IMG/VR virus record: IMGVR_UViG_3300020213_000110
Location: 1 to 24,520 of that record
Length of the DNA: 24,520 bases
Strand: one strand, 5' to 3'
DNA from: a virus
Taxonomy: Duplodnaviria > Caudoviricetes
Shown: positions 15,021 through 24,331 of the stretch, piece after piece
How the letters are laid out: every line of letters begins with the position of its first letter
Numbering within the stretch: position 1 is the stretch's first letter
Notes under the pieces: generated by a model
What the model was told of the DNA's origin: nothing
Database searches by the model: none
What the model saw: the letters and a program-made list of their open reading frames with translations, nothing else
Program-made: the position numbers and the translations under genes

Positions 15021-15257
15021 GTGAGGGCGCCGGCGAGCGGGTGGAATAACTGCGACGAAATGCATGGGCGATTTTGCGCCCATTGCAGGCGGGGTAGCGA
15101 AAACGAGGGCGGCGACGATTCTTGCCCGGTCGTTTACGGCGACGCCCATTTTACCCACGACCATAACGGCACGCCGTTTTGTGATGAGTTTGAACCAGTG
15201 GCCGGCTACCGCCTGCGCTGCAGCGGAACAATGGAAATGTTTGGAGGTGCGATATGA
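15021..15257 (+). CDS. Small Cys-rich (putative Zn-binding) protein
   Basis: GTG 15021; FCAHC...SCP...FCDEF; ATGA overlap with the next gene. Confidence 0.55.
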   Translation: MRAPASGWNNCDEMHGRFCAHCRRGSENEGGDDSCPVVYGDAHFTHDHNGTPFCDEFEPVAGYRLRCSGTMEMFGGAI

Positions 15258-15406
15258 AAGCCATAATCTACATTGCTGCGATCGGCCTTGCCATTGCGAC
15301 AGCGGGATTTGTTAGCGCGGCCGAGAACAACCGCGAAGGCGTTGCGTGGGCATGGGCAATGGCCGCAGGCGCCTTTGGCTTGATCTTTATACGCGCCGCT
15401 CTGTAA
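15254..15406 (+). CDS. 50-aa two-TM membrane peptide (not in ORF track)
   Basis: GGAGG SD; MKAIIYIAAIGLAIATAGFVSAAENNREGVAWAWAMAAGAFGLIFIRAAL; overlaps both neighbours (ATGA, TAATG). Confidence 0.65.
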   Translation: MKAIIYIAAIGLAIATAGFVSAAENNREGVAWAWAMAAGAFGLIFIRAAL

Positions 15407-16362
15407 TGGCGCCGATCCCAAAGCCGCGGCCGCATACCGCGCTGGCGATCTACAGCGCCATCGAAGCCGCGGAGGCCGAAGGATTCGAATCCGTGGGCAT
15501 ATCCGCCGGCGACATTGGCGACGAATGCGAACGCGCCATGTTCTACAGCTTCCGGCGGGTATCGCCGCCGGAAGTCATCACAGCCCTAAAACGCCGCATC
15601 TTCGAACGCGGCAACATCGAAGAAGACCGCCTTGTCGCGCTGCTCAACCTGGCCGGCATTGAAGTCACGGACCAACAGGCGCGCGTGCGCGATTGCGGCG
15701 GCCACGTGCGCGGCAAAATCGACGGTCAGGCGATCGGTATAGTCGAGGCGCCGGCAACCGAGCACATCGTGGAGTGCAAGTCATCCAAGGACGATGCGTT
15801 CAAGGCGCTTAAGAAGGACGGCGTTCAAAAGGCCAAGCCGCTGCATTACGCCACGATTCAGTTCTACATGCACAAGCGCGGCCTGGGCCGCGCGCTGTAT
15901 ATCGTAAGTAATAAAAACGACGAGGAAATCTACACCGAGTGCGTGCCGTACGACGCGGAATTCGCCATGCGACTGGTCGCGCGGGCCGAACGCATCATCC
16001 GGTCCAGCAACCCGCCGGCCAAGTTGCACGAAGACCCGGCCGCCAAGATGGCGTTCCGATGCGGCTACTGCAAACACAAACGCGTTTGCCACGAAGGCGC
16101 CTGGCCGCGGATTCACTGCCGCACATGCCTACACGCAACCCCGGAGTTTATTGGCGATCAGGCTGCATGGTCCTGCGCGCGATGGGCCAAGCCGCTGACG
16201 CTGGCCGAGCAAGACGCCGGCTGTCCTGCGCATTTACTGCTGCCGGGCCTGGTTGCGGGCGAACAAGTTGACGCGGATGAGGACGCCGAAACCGTGACGT
16301 ACCGCATGCGCGACGGAACAATTTGGGTTGACGGCGCGCGCAACAAGCAGGAGGCGGCATGA
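15406..16362 (+). CDS. PD-(D/E)XK (Cas4/RecB-like) phage exonuclease
   Basis: GKIDG...IVECKS, HYATIQFYM, Cys cluster (ECER; CGYCKHKRVC; HCRTC); start moved to the TAATG-coupled ATG 15406. Confidence 0.85.
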   Translation: MAPIPKPRPHTALAIYSAIEAAEAEGFESVGISAGDIGDECERAMFYSFRRVSPPEVITALKRRIFERGNIEEDRLVALLNLAGIEVTDQQARVRDCGGHVRGKIDGQAIGIVEAPATEHIVECKSSKDDAFKALKKDGVQKAKPLHYATIQFYMHKRGLGRALYIVSNKNDEEIYTECVPYDAEFAMRLVARAERIIRSSNPPAKLHEDPAAKMAFRCGYCKHKRVCHEGAWPRIHCRTCLHATPEFIGDQAAWSCARWAKPLTLAEQDAGCPAHLLLPGLVAGEQVDADEDAETVTYRMRDGTIWVDGARNKQEAA

Positions 16363-18047
16363 CCCTCGTCCTTCGCGAATATCAGCGTCAGGCCGTTGAC
16401 AACCTGTACGACTATTGGGCGCGCGAAGGCGGCGCACCGCTCATTGTGGTCCCAACGGGCGGAGGAAAATCTTTGATTCTAGCCACACTGATGAAGGAGC
16501 TTTTGGAAAAATACCCTGACATGCGCATCCTGTGCGTTTCGCATGTCAAAGAATTGTTGGTGCAGTCATATCAGGAACTATTGGGCATCTGGCCCCTCGC
16601 CCCGGCCGGTCTATTTTCCGCCGGGCTAGGCCAGCGCGATTCCCAATCGCAGATTATTTTTGGCGGCGTCCAAACGATTGCCAATAAGGCGGCGTCAATC
16701 GGACACGTTGATCTGGTCATCGTAGATGAGGCTCACCTTATATCTCGTGATTCTAATACTCGCTATGGTAAGCTGTTCACCGACCTGCGGGCCATTAATC
16801 CCGATCTGATGATTTGCGGGCTAACCGCCACAGACTACCGGCTGGGCGAGGGCCGCCTGACCGAAGGCGACGACGCGATGTTTAGCGCAGTCGCCTTCGA
16901 AAAGTCCGTTGGCGAGCTAATTGATGAAGGTTTCCTATGCCGGCCAATCACCAAGGCGACGGTGACCGGCTTTGACCTGACCGGCGTTGGGCGCTTAGGC
17001 GGCGACTACAAGCAGGGCGCGCTACAGGCCGCTGTTGACCGGGCCGACGTAACCAGGCGCGCCGTTGATGAAATATGCGGTTACGGCGCCAGCCGAAAAT
17101 CATGGCTGCTGTTTGGCGCCGGCGTCGAGCACGCGATGCATATTCGCGACGAAATACGCGGCCGCGGCATAGGCTGCGAGACCGTCACCGGCGAGACGCC
17201 GTCAGGTGAGCGCGCCAGAATCCTGGATGATTTTAAATCTGGCCGGCTGCGCGCGGTCACAAATAATTCAGTGCTGACCACCGGCCTTAACGTGCCGGGC
17301 ATCGATCTGCTTGCAATGCTGCGGCCGACGCTTTCCACAAGCCTATATGTGCAAATGTGCGGCCGTGGCTTGCGCAACGCGCCGGCAAAGCAAAATTGCC
17401 TGGTGCTGGATTTCGCCGGCAACATACGCAAGCACGGGCCGATCGATGACGTCCGCGTGCGCCCGCCAGGCAAGGGCGATGGCGAGGTGCCGATTAAGGA
17501 ATGCCCAAACTGCCATTCGCTGGTCCACGCATCTAAAATGACTTGCGATGACTGCGGGTTTGTGTTTCCGCCAGGCGAAGAACCCAAACACGAAGCCAAA
17601 GCGGACGCCGCTCCAATCCTATCAACCGCAGCGGCGGAATGGATTCCCGTTACGACCGGCCGCGAATTCAATTATCACACAAGCAGGAACGACAATCCGG
17701 ATTCCGTGCGCACGCAGTATAATTGCGGCTATGTAAGCCACCAGGAATGGCTATGCCCGGCGCATACTGGATACGCGAAGGCAAAGGCGACCCGCTATTG
17801 GGCTGACCACGGCGGCCAACGTCCATTTCCAAAGACGGCGGACGAATGGGTAGCCCGCCAGGGCGAGTTAAAACAGACAGCCGAGATCAGCGTTAAGCCG
17901 AGCAAAACATACAAGGGCGGCTGGGACGTCGTCTCCTACAAGGTTGGCGAGATGGGGCCGCGGCGACCCGCCGATAACAGGACTTTCGCGGCAAGGTTAG
18001 CGGCGCGTAGTCGCCTGCCAGATTTAGATTCAGACATTCCATTCTAG
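16359..18047 (+). CDS. Superfamily 2 DEAH helicase (RadD/YejH-like) with Zn finger
   Basis: LREYQ Q-motif, PTGGGKS, VDEAH, LTAT, QMCGRGLR, CPNC..CDDC, C-terminal DSDIPF. Confidence 0.93.
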   Translation: MTLVLREYQRQAVDNLYDYWAREGGAPLIVVPTGGGKSLILATLMKELLEKYPDMRILCVSHVKELLVQSYQELLGIWPLAPAGLFSAGLGQRDSQSQIIFGGVQTIANKAASIGHVDLVIVDEAHLISRDSNTRYGKLFTDLRAINPDLMICGLTATDYRLGEGRLTEGDDAMFSAVAFEKSVGELIDEGFLCRPITKATVTGFDLTGVGRLGGDYKQGALQAAVDRADVTRRAVDEICGYGASRKSWLLFGAGVEHAMHIRDEIRGRGIGCETVTGETPSGERARILDDFKSGRLRAVTNNSVLTTGLNVPGIDLLAMLRPTLSTSLYVQMCGRGLRNAPAKQNCLVLDFAGNIRKHGPIDDVRVRPPGKGDGEVPIKECPNCHSLVHASKMTCDDCGFVFPPGEEPKHEAKADAAPILSTAAAEWIPVTTGREFNYHTSRNDNPDSVRTQYNCGYVSHQEWLCPAHTGYAKAKATRYWADHGGQRPFPKTADEWVARQGELKQTAEISVKPSKTYKGGWDVVSYKVGEMGPRRPADNRTFAARLAARSRLPDLDSDIPF

Positions 18048-18057
18048 GGAGGAATTC

Positions 18058-18765
18058 ATGACGCAACCAGACATCGGCCACAACGGCGGCCCACCGCTTG
18101 AGCCAACGCCGTTCGAGGCTGCAAAGATCACGATTGACGATATATTCATGGAGGCCAAAGCCTGGCTCGACGGCAGCGCAATCACAAACGAAAAGGAAGC
18201 CGCGGCCGTCGAGTTGCTCCTGGACATGGCGCGCAAGGGCAAGCAGGAAGCCGACGCGGCACGCAAGAAAGAAAACGGGCCGTTCGATACCGGCAAGGCC
18301 GAAGTCCAGACCCGATACAACCCGATTCTCAAGCGCGCCGACCTGATTGTCGACGCCGGCCGTAAGGCGCTCACGCCATGGAAGGCAGCCGTCCTTGCCG
18401 AACGTGAGCGGGTTGCCGCGGCGGCGCGACTGGAAGCCGACCGCATCGCCAAGGAAGCGCAAGACGCTATCCGTGCATCGCGCGGCGACGTTGAAGCCCG
18501 CGAGGCCGCGGAACTGCTGCTTAAAGAATCCAAGACCGTAGAGCGCGCGGCCAAGCGCGCGGAAAAATCTACGACTACCGATATAGGCATGCGCAGTACA
18601 TGGACGCCGCGCATCATTGACTGGTCCGCCGCGCTTGATTGGGCGTTCGAAAAATCGCCAGACGCCTTTGAATCCATGACGCTAGACCTTGCGCGCAGCG
18701 CAGTCCGCGGCGGCGCGCGCACCATCCCAGGCTTCGCAATCGAACAGATCAAGGTGGCGGCATGA
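18058..18765 (+). CDS. Phage coiled-coil protein (IGHNGGPP N-terminus)
   Basis: GGGAGG SD; long Ala/Glu/Arg helices; IPGFAI C-terminus. Confidence 0.75.
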   Translation: MTQPDIGHNGGPPLEPTPFEAAKITIDDIFMEAKAWLDGSAITNEKEAAAVELLLDMARKGKQEADAARKKENGPFDTGKAEVQTRYNPILKRADLIVDAGRKALTPWKAAVLAERERVAAAARLEADRIAKEAQDAIRASRGDVEAREAAELLLKESKTVERAAKRAEKSTTTDIGMRSTWTPRIIDWSAALDWAFEKSPDAFESMTLDLARSAVRGGARTIPGFAIEQIKVAA

Positions 18766-20156
18766 ACCCGCGGACATTCCTTGACGGCAAGGTCACACTA
18801 TACGGCGGCGACAATCGTGAAGTCTTAAAGACACTAGCGGACGCATCCATTGATTCAATCGTTACTGATCCGCCCTATGCGCTTGTTTCTATCGGCAGGC
18901 GGTTTGGCAAAGCCGGCAGCGCAGAAGCCAAGAGCGACGGCGCGACGGGCGTTTACAGGCGCGCGTCCGCCGGCTTCATGGGCCAACAATGGGACACCGG
19001 CGAAACCGCGTTCGCGGTTGAGTTTTGGGAAGAATGCTTTCGCATCCTAAAACCCGGCGGGCATTGCGTTGCATTTTCTGGCACACGCACCTATCATCGC
19101 ATGGTCTGCGCGATTGAAGACGCAGGCTTTGAAATTCGCGATCAGCTTGCGTGGGTGTACGGAAGTGGATTTCCGAAATCGCACAATGTAAGCAAGGCAA
19201 TCGATCGTGAAGCTGGCGCGACGCGCGAAATTATTTCGAGCCGACGCGCACACGACATGCGCGGCGGAAACTACATGGGGGCTTCGCAGGGCAAAGCCAT
19301 TGATGCTTATACGATTGATATCACCGCGCCCGCCACTCCTGCAGCGCAAGAATGGCAGGGATGGGAAACTGCGCTGAAACCATCTTGGGAGCCAATAGTC
19401 CTGGCGCGCAGGCCGTTGATAGGCACAGTGGCGCAGAACGTTCTGGCGCACGGAGCCGGCGGGTTGAATATTGACGGATGTAGAATAGGAGAAAGCGGCG
19501 GAACGGCCAAAGGCCGTTCCGCGGTGAAATCAACCACGGATTCTGTGGGCGGCTATCTAAATGCGAAGGCCGGCAGTCCCATAGACGCCGGCCGATGGCC
19601 GGCTAATATTATTCACGACGGTAGCGCAGAAGTTGTAGAATTATTTCCGAATTCCAAATCCTGCAGCGCTCCATCATCAGCAGATAGTCCTGGTGCGATT
19701 CTTGGCGGGTCCAGGACGCAAGGCGCTATCTATCCAGGGGAAGACGGTTCCGCCGCCCGATTCTTTTATTCAGCGAAGGCGAACACCGACGAGCGCGCGG
19801 GCAGTAAGCATCCGACCATCAAGCCAGTCGATCTCATGCAATGGCTGGCGCGACTGGTGACGCCTCCCGGTGGCGTAACGCTGGATCCATTCGCGGGCAG
19901 CGGCACGACTGGCGAAGCCGCTTGGCGCGAAGGATTTTCCGCCATCTTGATAGAGCGGGAGACAAAATTTCAAGAAGACATTGCAAGGCGCATGGATCTA
20001 GCAACCGCAGGACCAGCAACGCGGGCCGCTGAAATATCCAAGGCGCGCGGCCTGGTTGACGACGCCGGGCCGCTGTTCGCGAATGACAACGGGCCAGCCA
20101 GCCAGCCAGCCAGCCAGCCAAAACGTATGATAGGCCCCATCGGACTCAAGTACTAA
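18762..20156 (+). CDS. N6-adenine/N4-cytosine DNA methyltransferase (beta class, orphan)
   Basis: VTDPPY motif IV precedes HPTIKP...LDPFAGSGTTG motif I. Confidence 0.92.
   Translation: MNPRTFLDGKVTLYGGDNREVLKTLADASIDSIVTDPPYALVSIGRRFGKAGSAEAKSDGATGVYRRASAGFMGQQWDTGETAFAVEFWEECFRILKPGGHCVAFSGTRTYHRMVCAIEDAGFEIRDQLAWVYGSGFPKSHNVSKAIDREAGATREIISSRRAHDMRGGNYMGASQGKAIDAYTIDITAPATPAAQEWQGWETALKPSWEPIVLARRPLIGTVAQNVLAHGAGGLNIDGCRIGESGGTAKGRSAVKSTTDSVGGYLNAKAGSPIDAGRWPANIIHDGSAEVVELFPNSKSCSAPSSADSPGAILGGSRTQGAIYPGEDGSAARFFYSAKANTDERAGSKHPTIKPVDLMQWLARLVTPPGGVTLDPFAGSGTTGEAAWREGFSAILIERETKFQEDIARRMDLATAGPATRAAEISKARGLVDDAGPLFANDNGPASQPASQPKRMIGPIGLKY
20093..20120 (+). repeat. Tetranucleotide microsatellite (GCCA)7 in the 3' end of the methyltransferase gene
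   Basis: 28 nt of perfect GCCA repeats read directly. Confidence 0.95.
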
Positions 20157-20174
20157 ATAAATAAGGAACGCCGC

Positions 20175-20540
20175 ATGACTTGGCTGGGCACATGCGCCGT
20201 ATGCCGCAGGCGCCACGATAACGTGGGTTACGCGCCAAGCGAAAAGCACGCCATGAAATGGGCGTGCCTTGAATGCGCAACCGCATGCGCGATCGAAGGC
20301 GACCCAACCACCAACATTGTGAGGAAGCTATATCACATGCCCAAAAAGCAACTGGACATCTACGAGCTAAAAGCCGTTGAGGCGGGCGGCGAAGCGGCGG
20401 GCTCCTATTTGGACGATCTGGGCCGCACGGACCTTGCGGCGCTTGAGCTTCACGAATGGACCGAATTCCTGCGCCGCTTTCTAAACGGCTACGGCGAGTC
20501 CATGCGTACGATGCTTAAGAACAATGAGGCGCCGTTCTGA
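20175..20540 (+). CDS. DUF6511-like phage protein with CxxC pairs
   Basis: CAVC...CLEC, GRTDLAALELHEWTEF, C-terminal EAPF; AAGGA SD. Confidence 0.7.
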   Translation: MTWLGTCAVCRRRHDNVGYAPSEKHAMKWACLECATACAIEGDPTTNIVRKLYHMPKKQLDIYELKAVEAGGEAAGSYLDDLGRTDLAALELHEWTEFLRRFLNGYGESMRTMLKNNEAPF

Positions 20541-21922
20541 TGCTGAATTATCTCTCCGTCTGCAGTGGAATTGAAGCTGCCAGCGTAGCCTGGCATCCGC
20601 TTGGCTGGCGCGCCATCGGCTATTCGGAAATCGAAAAGTTTCCGGCGGCCGTACTGGCGCATCATTATCCGACCGTTCCCAACCTTGGCGACTTTACCGC
20701 CATCAACACGCATACGCTACCGCGCACAGATATCCTTGTGGGCGGCACGCCTTGCCAGTCCTTCAGCCTGGCGGGCTTGCGCAGCTCACTGGACGACGCG
20801 CGCGGAAACCTAACCCTTGCATTTGTGAGATTGGCCCATGACCTTGCAGCTAACAATGGACTTCGAAACGCACTTTGGGAAAACGTCCCTGGAGTTCTAT
20901 CCACCAAAGACAACGCCTTCGGCTGTTTCCTGGGCGGACTTGTTGGCGCAGATTCCGCCATCCTATGCGACGGCCGATGGCCAAGTGCGGGCATGGTGGC
21001 CGGTCCAAAAGGGCGCGCGGCTTGGCGGATTCTCGACGCTCAATACTTCGGCTTGGCCCAACGACGCAAGCGTGTGTTCGTTGTCGCAGATTTTGGAAAC
21101 GGGGCCGATCCAGCCGCGGTTCTTTTTGAGCGCCAAAGCGTGCACGGGAATTTTGCGCCGCGCCGCGAAGCGCGGGAAAGAATTGCCGACAGCCTTACAG
21201 TTGGCGCTAACCAATACAGCGGCTTCTGCGGCGAGCCGGTAGAGGCAGCCGACGACGTCGGCTGCCTCGCGGTCGGCAACACTGTCGGCAGCAACCAGTT
21301 TATGCAAAGCAAACAATTTGTTGTGCACGCTCCCGATCTCGCGCGTTGCGTCACAACGCGCGAAGGTTCATCGCAAGACTACGAATCCACCTCCATGATC
21401 GCGCATACCCTACGCGGCGTAGGGCATGACGCAAGCGAAGACGGAACAGGTCGCGGCGTACCGCTGGTTGCCTTCTCCATGAAAGACCACGGCGGCGACG
21501 CCGCCAATGACCTATCGCCAACATTACGCGCGGCCGACCACAGTAAAAGCCACGCAAACTCAGGCGCGCCACCGGCCGTAGCCTTTGACCTACGCGGTCG
21601 CGAAGGCGGCGCCAACCTGGAAAACATTGGCGACACAGCAGCCCTACGCGCAGCAAGCGGCGGGTCCAATCGTAGTTATGTCGCAAGCAGCGCTGTCCGC
21701 CGTTTGACTCCAATGGAGTGCGAAAGACTTCAGGGATTCCCGGATGGATATACCGCGATTAATCGCAAAGGCGTCGCCTCGGACGGACCGCGCTACAAAG
21801 CTTTAGGCAACAGCATGGCCGTGCCGGTCATGCGCTGGATTGGCGTCCGCATCGCCAAACACATGCCAATTATTGCAGCCAACGACAATCATAGGGAGCA
21901 ACAATATGCAAATGCAGCATAG
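20540..21922 (+). CDS. C5-cytosine DNA methyltransferase (orphan, long variable region)
   Basis: SVCSGIE (I), GGTPCQ (IV), WENV (VI), QRRKRVF (VIII), RRLTPMECERLQGFPD (IX), YKALGNS (X). Confidence 0.93.
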   Translation: MLNYLSVCSGIEAASVAWHPLGWRAIGYSEIEKFPAAVLAHHYPTVPNLGDFTAINTHTLPRTDILVGGTPCQSFSLAGLRSSLDDARGNLTLAFVRLAHDLAANNGLRNALWENVPGVLSTKDNAFGCFLGGLVGADSAILCDGRWPSAGMVAGPKGRAAWRILDAQYFGLAQRRKRVFVVADFGNGADPAAVLFERQSVHGNFAPRREARERIADSLTVGANQYSGFCGEPVEAADDVGCLAVGNTVGSNQFMQSKQFVVHAPDLARCVTTREGSSQDYESTSMIAHTLRGVGHDASEDGTGRGVPLVAFSMKDHGGDAANDLSPTLRAADHSKSHANSGAPPAVAFDLRGREGGANLENIGDTAALRAASGGSNRSYVASSAVRRLTPMECERLQGFPDGYTAINRKGVASDGPRYKALGNSMAVPVMRWIGVRIAKHMPIIAANDNHREQQYANAA

Positions 21923-22010
21923 ATTTGGCGATTGGATGCAGACCTACGCCGGCCGCCAGTTTTGGCCTTCGTGGCGGCCTTCCCATTGCGGAAGCAGGTA
22001 TTACCCATGA
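21906..22010 (+). pseudogene. 34-codon remnant resembling the N-terminus of a phage HD-domain phosphohydrolase
   Basis: AGGGAG SD, then MQMQHRFGDWMQTYAGRQFWPSW...; stop overlaps the primase ATG (ATGA 22007-22010). Confidence 0.5.
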
Positions 22011-24331
22011 CACCATACTCCGCCGCCGGCGCCAAACTCGTAGACGGGGGATATAGCGCCATCCCAGCCCTGCCCGGATCCAAGCGCCCCGGCAATTTCA
22101 GCATGGGCGAATGGTGGGGCGACTTCTCATGGAATCGCTTCTGCGACCGCCTCCCAACCGAAATCGAAACAAGCCATTGGGATCGCTGGCCCGATGCCGG
22201 CGTATGCATGGCGCTCGACCACACCATCAAAGTCATCGACATCGACACCGACGACGACGAAATCCGCGCCGCAGTCCTATCCGCGCTGCCCGTGCCAACC
22301 GTAATGAAACGCGGCCAAAAAGGATTCTCAATCTTCTACCGCGGCAGCGCCGATATCGTTTCCCGACCTTTCGACATCGTACCGCCTGGCGGCAAACGCA
22401 TGCGCGCCGTGGACCTGCTGGCGCACGGCAAACAAACCGTGCTGCCGCCAACCATCCATCCCGACACCGGCCGCCCTTACGAATGGCTTACCGACGAAAC
22501 ACTTTTCGACACCGCGCCCGACCAGCTTCCCGAATTGCCAGACGACGTGGCCGCGCGCATTGAATCAGCCCTGGCTCCATTTGGCTTCGAAGACACCAAC
22601 ACAGGCCCGCGCGCGCCGGGCAGCGGCGACTCCACATGGCGCGACATAAACGACGCCGCGCTGGCCAACCTTGACGCCTGGGTGCCCGGCCTGGGCCTGC
22701 CCAAGACCAAGCGATCGCGCGACGGCCGCTATCGCGCCGTTGCCGCATGGCGCGACGTCGACAACGCCAACCTGGCGTTCCATCGCGACGGCATCAAAGA
22801 CTGGGGCGGCGGCGAGTCCTACACGCCGCTGGACGTCACCATGCGCGCGCACGGCGCCGACCTGGACCAGGCCGCACGCTGGCTGCGCGACCAGCTTGGC
22901 ATCAAACCAACGCCGCTGATCGACGTGTCCCGGCTAATCGCCAGCGCCGAACGCAAGCGCCTGGCGGCCGCTCCACTGCAGCCAGCACCCACACCCGCGC
23001 CCACGGCCATACGCGCGCCACGCGGCGCTGTAGACCCGTTTACGCCGGCCGCTGCCGGCGGGCTCATGGAAGCCTACGCCAACTGGTATCTCGACACCGC
23101 GCGCCGGCCCGTCCCGGAATTCGCCGTGCTTAGCGCCGCGTCATTCGTTGCAACTATGTTTTCGCGCCGCGCCGTGGGACCTACCGGTTCCGGCCTGAAT
23201 ATGTACCTGGTGTGCCTGGGCCGCACAGGCTTCGGCAAGGAGCACGTCCACAAAACACTGCACACGCTGGCGCACGACGCCGGCTTCCACTACCTGATCG
23301 GCCCAGGCGAAGTCACATCCGGCACCGCGATCGAAAAAGTGGTACGGCGCCGGCCGTTTTACGTCATGCCATGGGACGAAGTTGGCATCGTGTTGCAGGG
23401 CGTGAACGGCAATAACGCCGCGTCCTGGTCCAAATCCATACGCAAGGTGCTGCTGGAGTTATACAGTAAATCGACGTCCGTTTGGACCGGCAAGGAGCAC
23501 GCAGATCCTACGCGCGATAACAGCGCCGAGCCGATACACTGCCCGACCGTTGGCATCCTCGGTGTAAGCACGCCGGAAACTTTCTATAGCGGCCTGAGCG
23601 ACGAATCTTTCCGGGACGGCTTCCTGGCCCGCCTCATCGTTGTCGACGCCACGGTAAAGCCGCCGCGGGGCAATCCGCCCGCGCTGCTGATCACGCCCGC
23701 ATCCCTGATCACGGCCGTCAAAAAAACCGCGGACGCGTTCCCATGGCCGCCGGGCAACCTGCCCGCCATCAAGTGGAAAAGCGCCCTGGCCCGACCATCC
23801 TTGGTCACCGTGCCGTGGGAATCGAACGAGGCCGAAAGCCAATGGCTGACAATCGAAGACTGGCAGGCCGAACAGGTTGAAGAACACGGCGCCCAGGACG
23901 GCATCATAGGCCGAGCCGCGGAAAACACCATCAAGCTGGCAACCGTGCGCGCCATCAGCCGCAACCCGGCCAACGCCCGAGTCACGACCGCTGACCTGGA
24001 TTGGGGCTACGCCGTCGTGCAGCGGTCCCTGGACAGCCTTGACGCCGGCGCTGGCGCGCATGTAGCCGGCAGCCCGTTTGAAGAGCTTTGCAAGGCGATC
24101 CTGCGCGCCCTGCGAGCAACTAAAGAAGCCGGGCTACCGCGGAGCGTGCTGTTGCGCGCCCGCGGTGTTTCCAAGGCCAACGACCGCGACGTCAAGGCGG
24201 CATTGGACCGCCTGGTTGAGCTTGGCGAAATCTATGCGCCATCCATCGGCGGAAGAGGCGTGAAGGTGCGATTGCGCGAACCGGCCAACACAGCAACCGG
24301 CCGCCAGAGGCAATTACAAATTCTGCTGTAA
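22007..24331 (+). CDS. Bifunctional primase/polymerase fused to a DUF3987-like P-loop helicase domain
   Basis: IPALPGSKRP, VIDIDTDD catalytic DxD, QTVLPPTIHPDTGRPYEW; C-terminal GRTGFGKE and WDEVG, DGFLARL; start moved to ATG 22007. Confidence 0.88.
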   Translation: MTPYSAAGAKLVDGGYSAIPALPGSKRPGNFSMGEWWGDFSWNRFCDRLPTEIETSHWDRWPDAGVCMALDHTIKVIDIDTDDDEIRAAVLSALPVPTVMKRGQKGFSIFYRGSADIVSRPFDIVPPGGKRMRAVDLLAHGKQTVLPPTIHPDTGRPYEWLTDETLFDTAPDQLPELPDDVAARIESALAPFGFEDTNTGPRAPGSGDSTWRDINDAALANLDAWVPGLGLPKTKRSRDGRYRAVAAWRDVDNANLAFHRDGIKDWGGGESYTPLDVTMRAHGADLDQAARWLRDQLGIKPTPLIDVSRLIASAERKRLAAAPLQPAPTPAPTAIRAPRGAVDPFTPAAAGGLMEAYANWYLDTARRPVPEFAVLSAASFVATMFSRRAVGPTGSGLNMYLVCLGRTGFGKEHVHKTLHTLAHDAGFHYLIGPGEVTSGTAIEKVVRRRPFYVMPWDEVGIVLQGVNGNNAASWSKSIRKVLLELYSKSTSVWTGKEHADPTRDNSAEPIHCPTVGILGVSTPETFYSGLSDESFRDGFLARLIVVDATVKPPRGNPPALLITPASLITAVKKTADAFPWPPGNLPAIKWKSALARPSLVTVPWESNEAESQWLTIEDWQAEQVEEHGAQDGIIGRAAENTIKLATVRAISRNPANARVTTADLDWGYAVVQRSLDSLDAGAGAHVAGSPFEELCKAILRALRATKEAGLPRSVLLRARGVSKANDRDVKAALDRLVELGEIYAPSIGGRGVKVRLREPANTATGRQRQLQILL

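Noticed and set aside
15406-16362. Cas4 as part of a CRISPR or array-acquisition module
   Set aside because: It sits in the usual Sak4-DUF669-nuclease-helicase phage recombination context, 6 kb from the array; nothing links it to the array.
18762-21922. Restriction-modification system
   Set aside because: No cognate restriction endonuclease is adjacent; orphan MTases in a replication module are typical phage anti-restriction genes.
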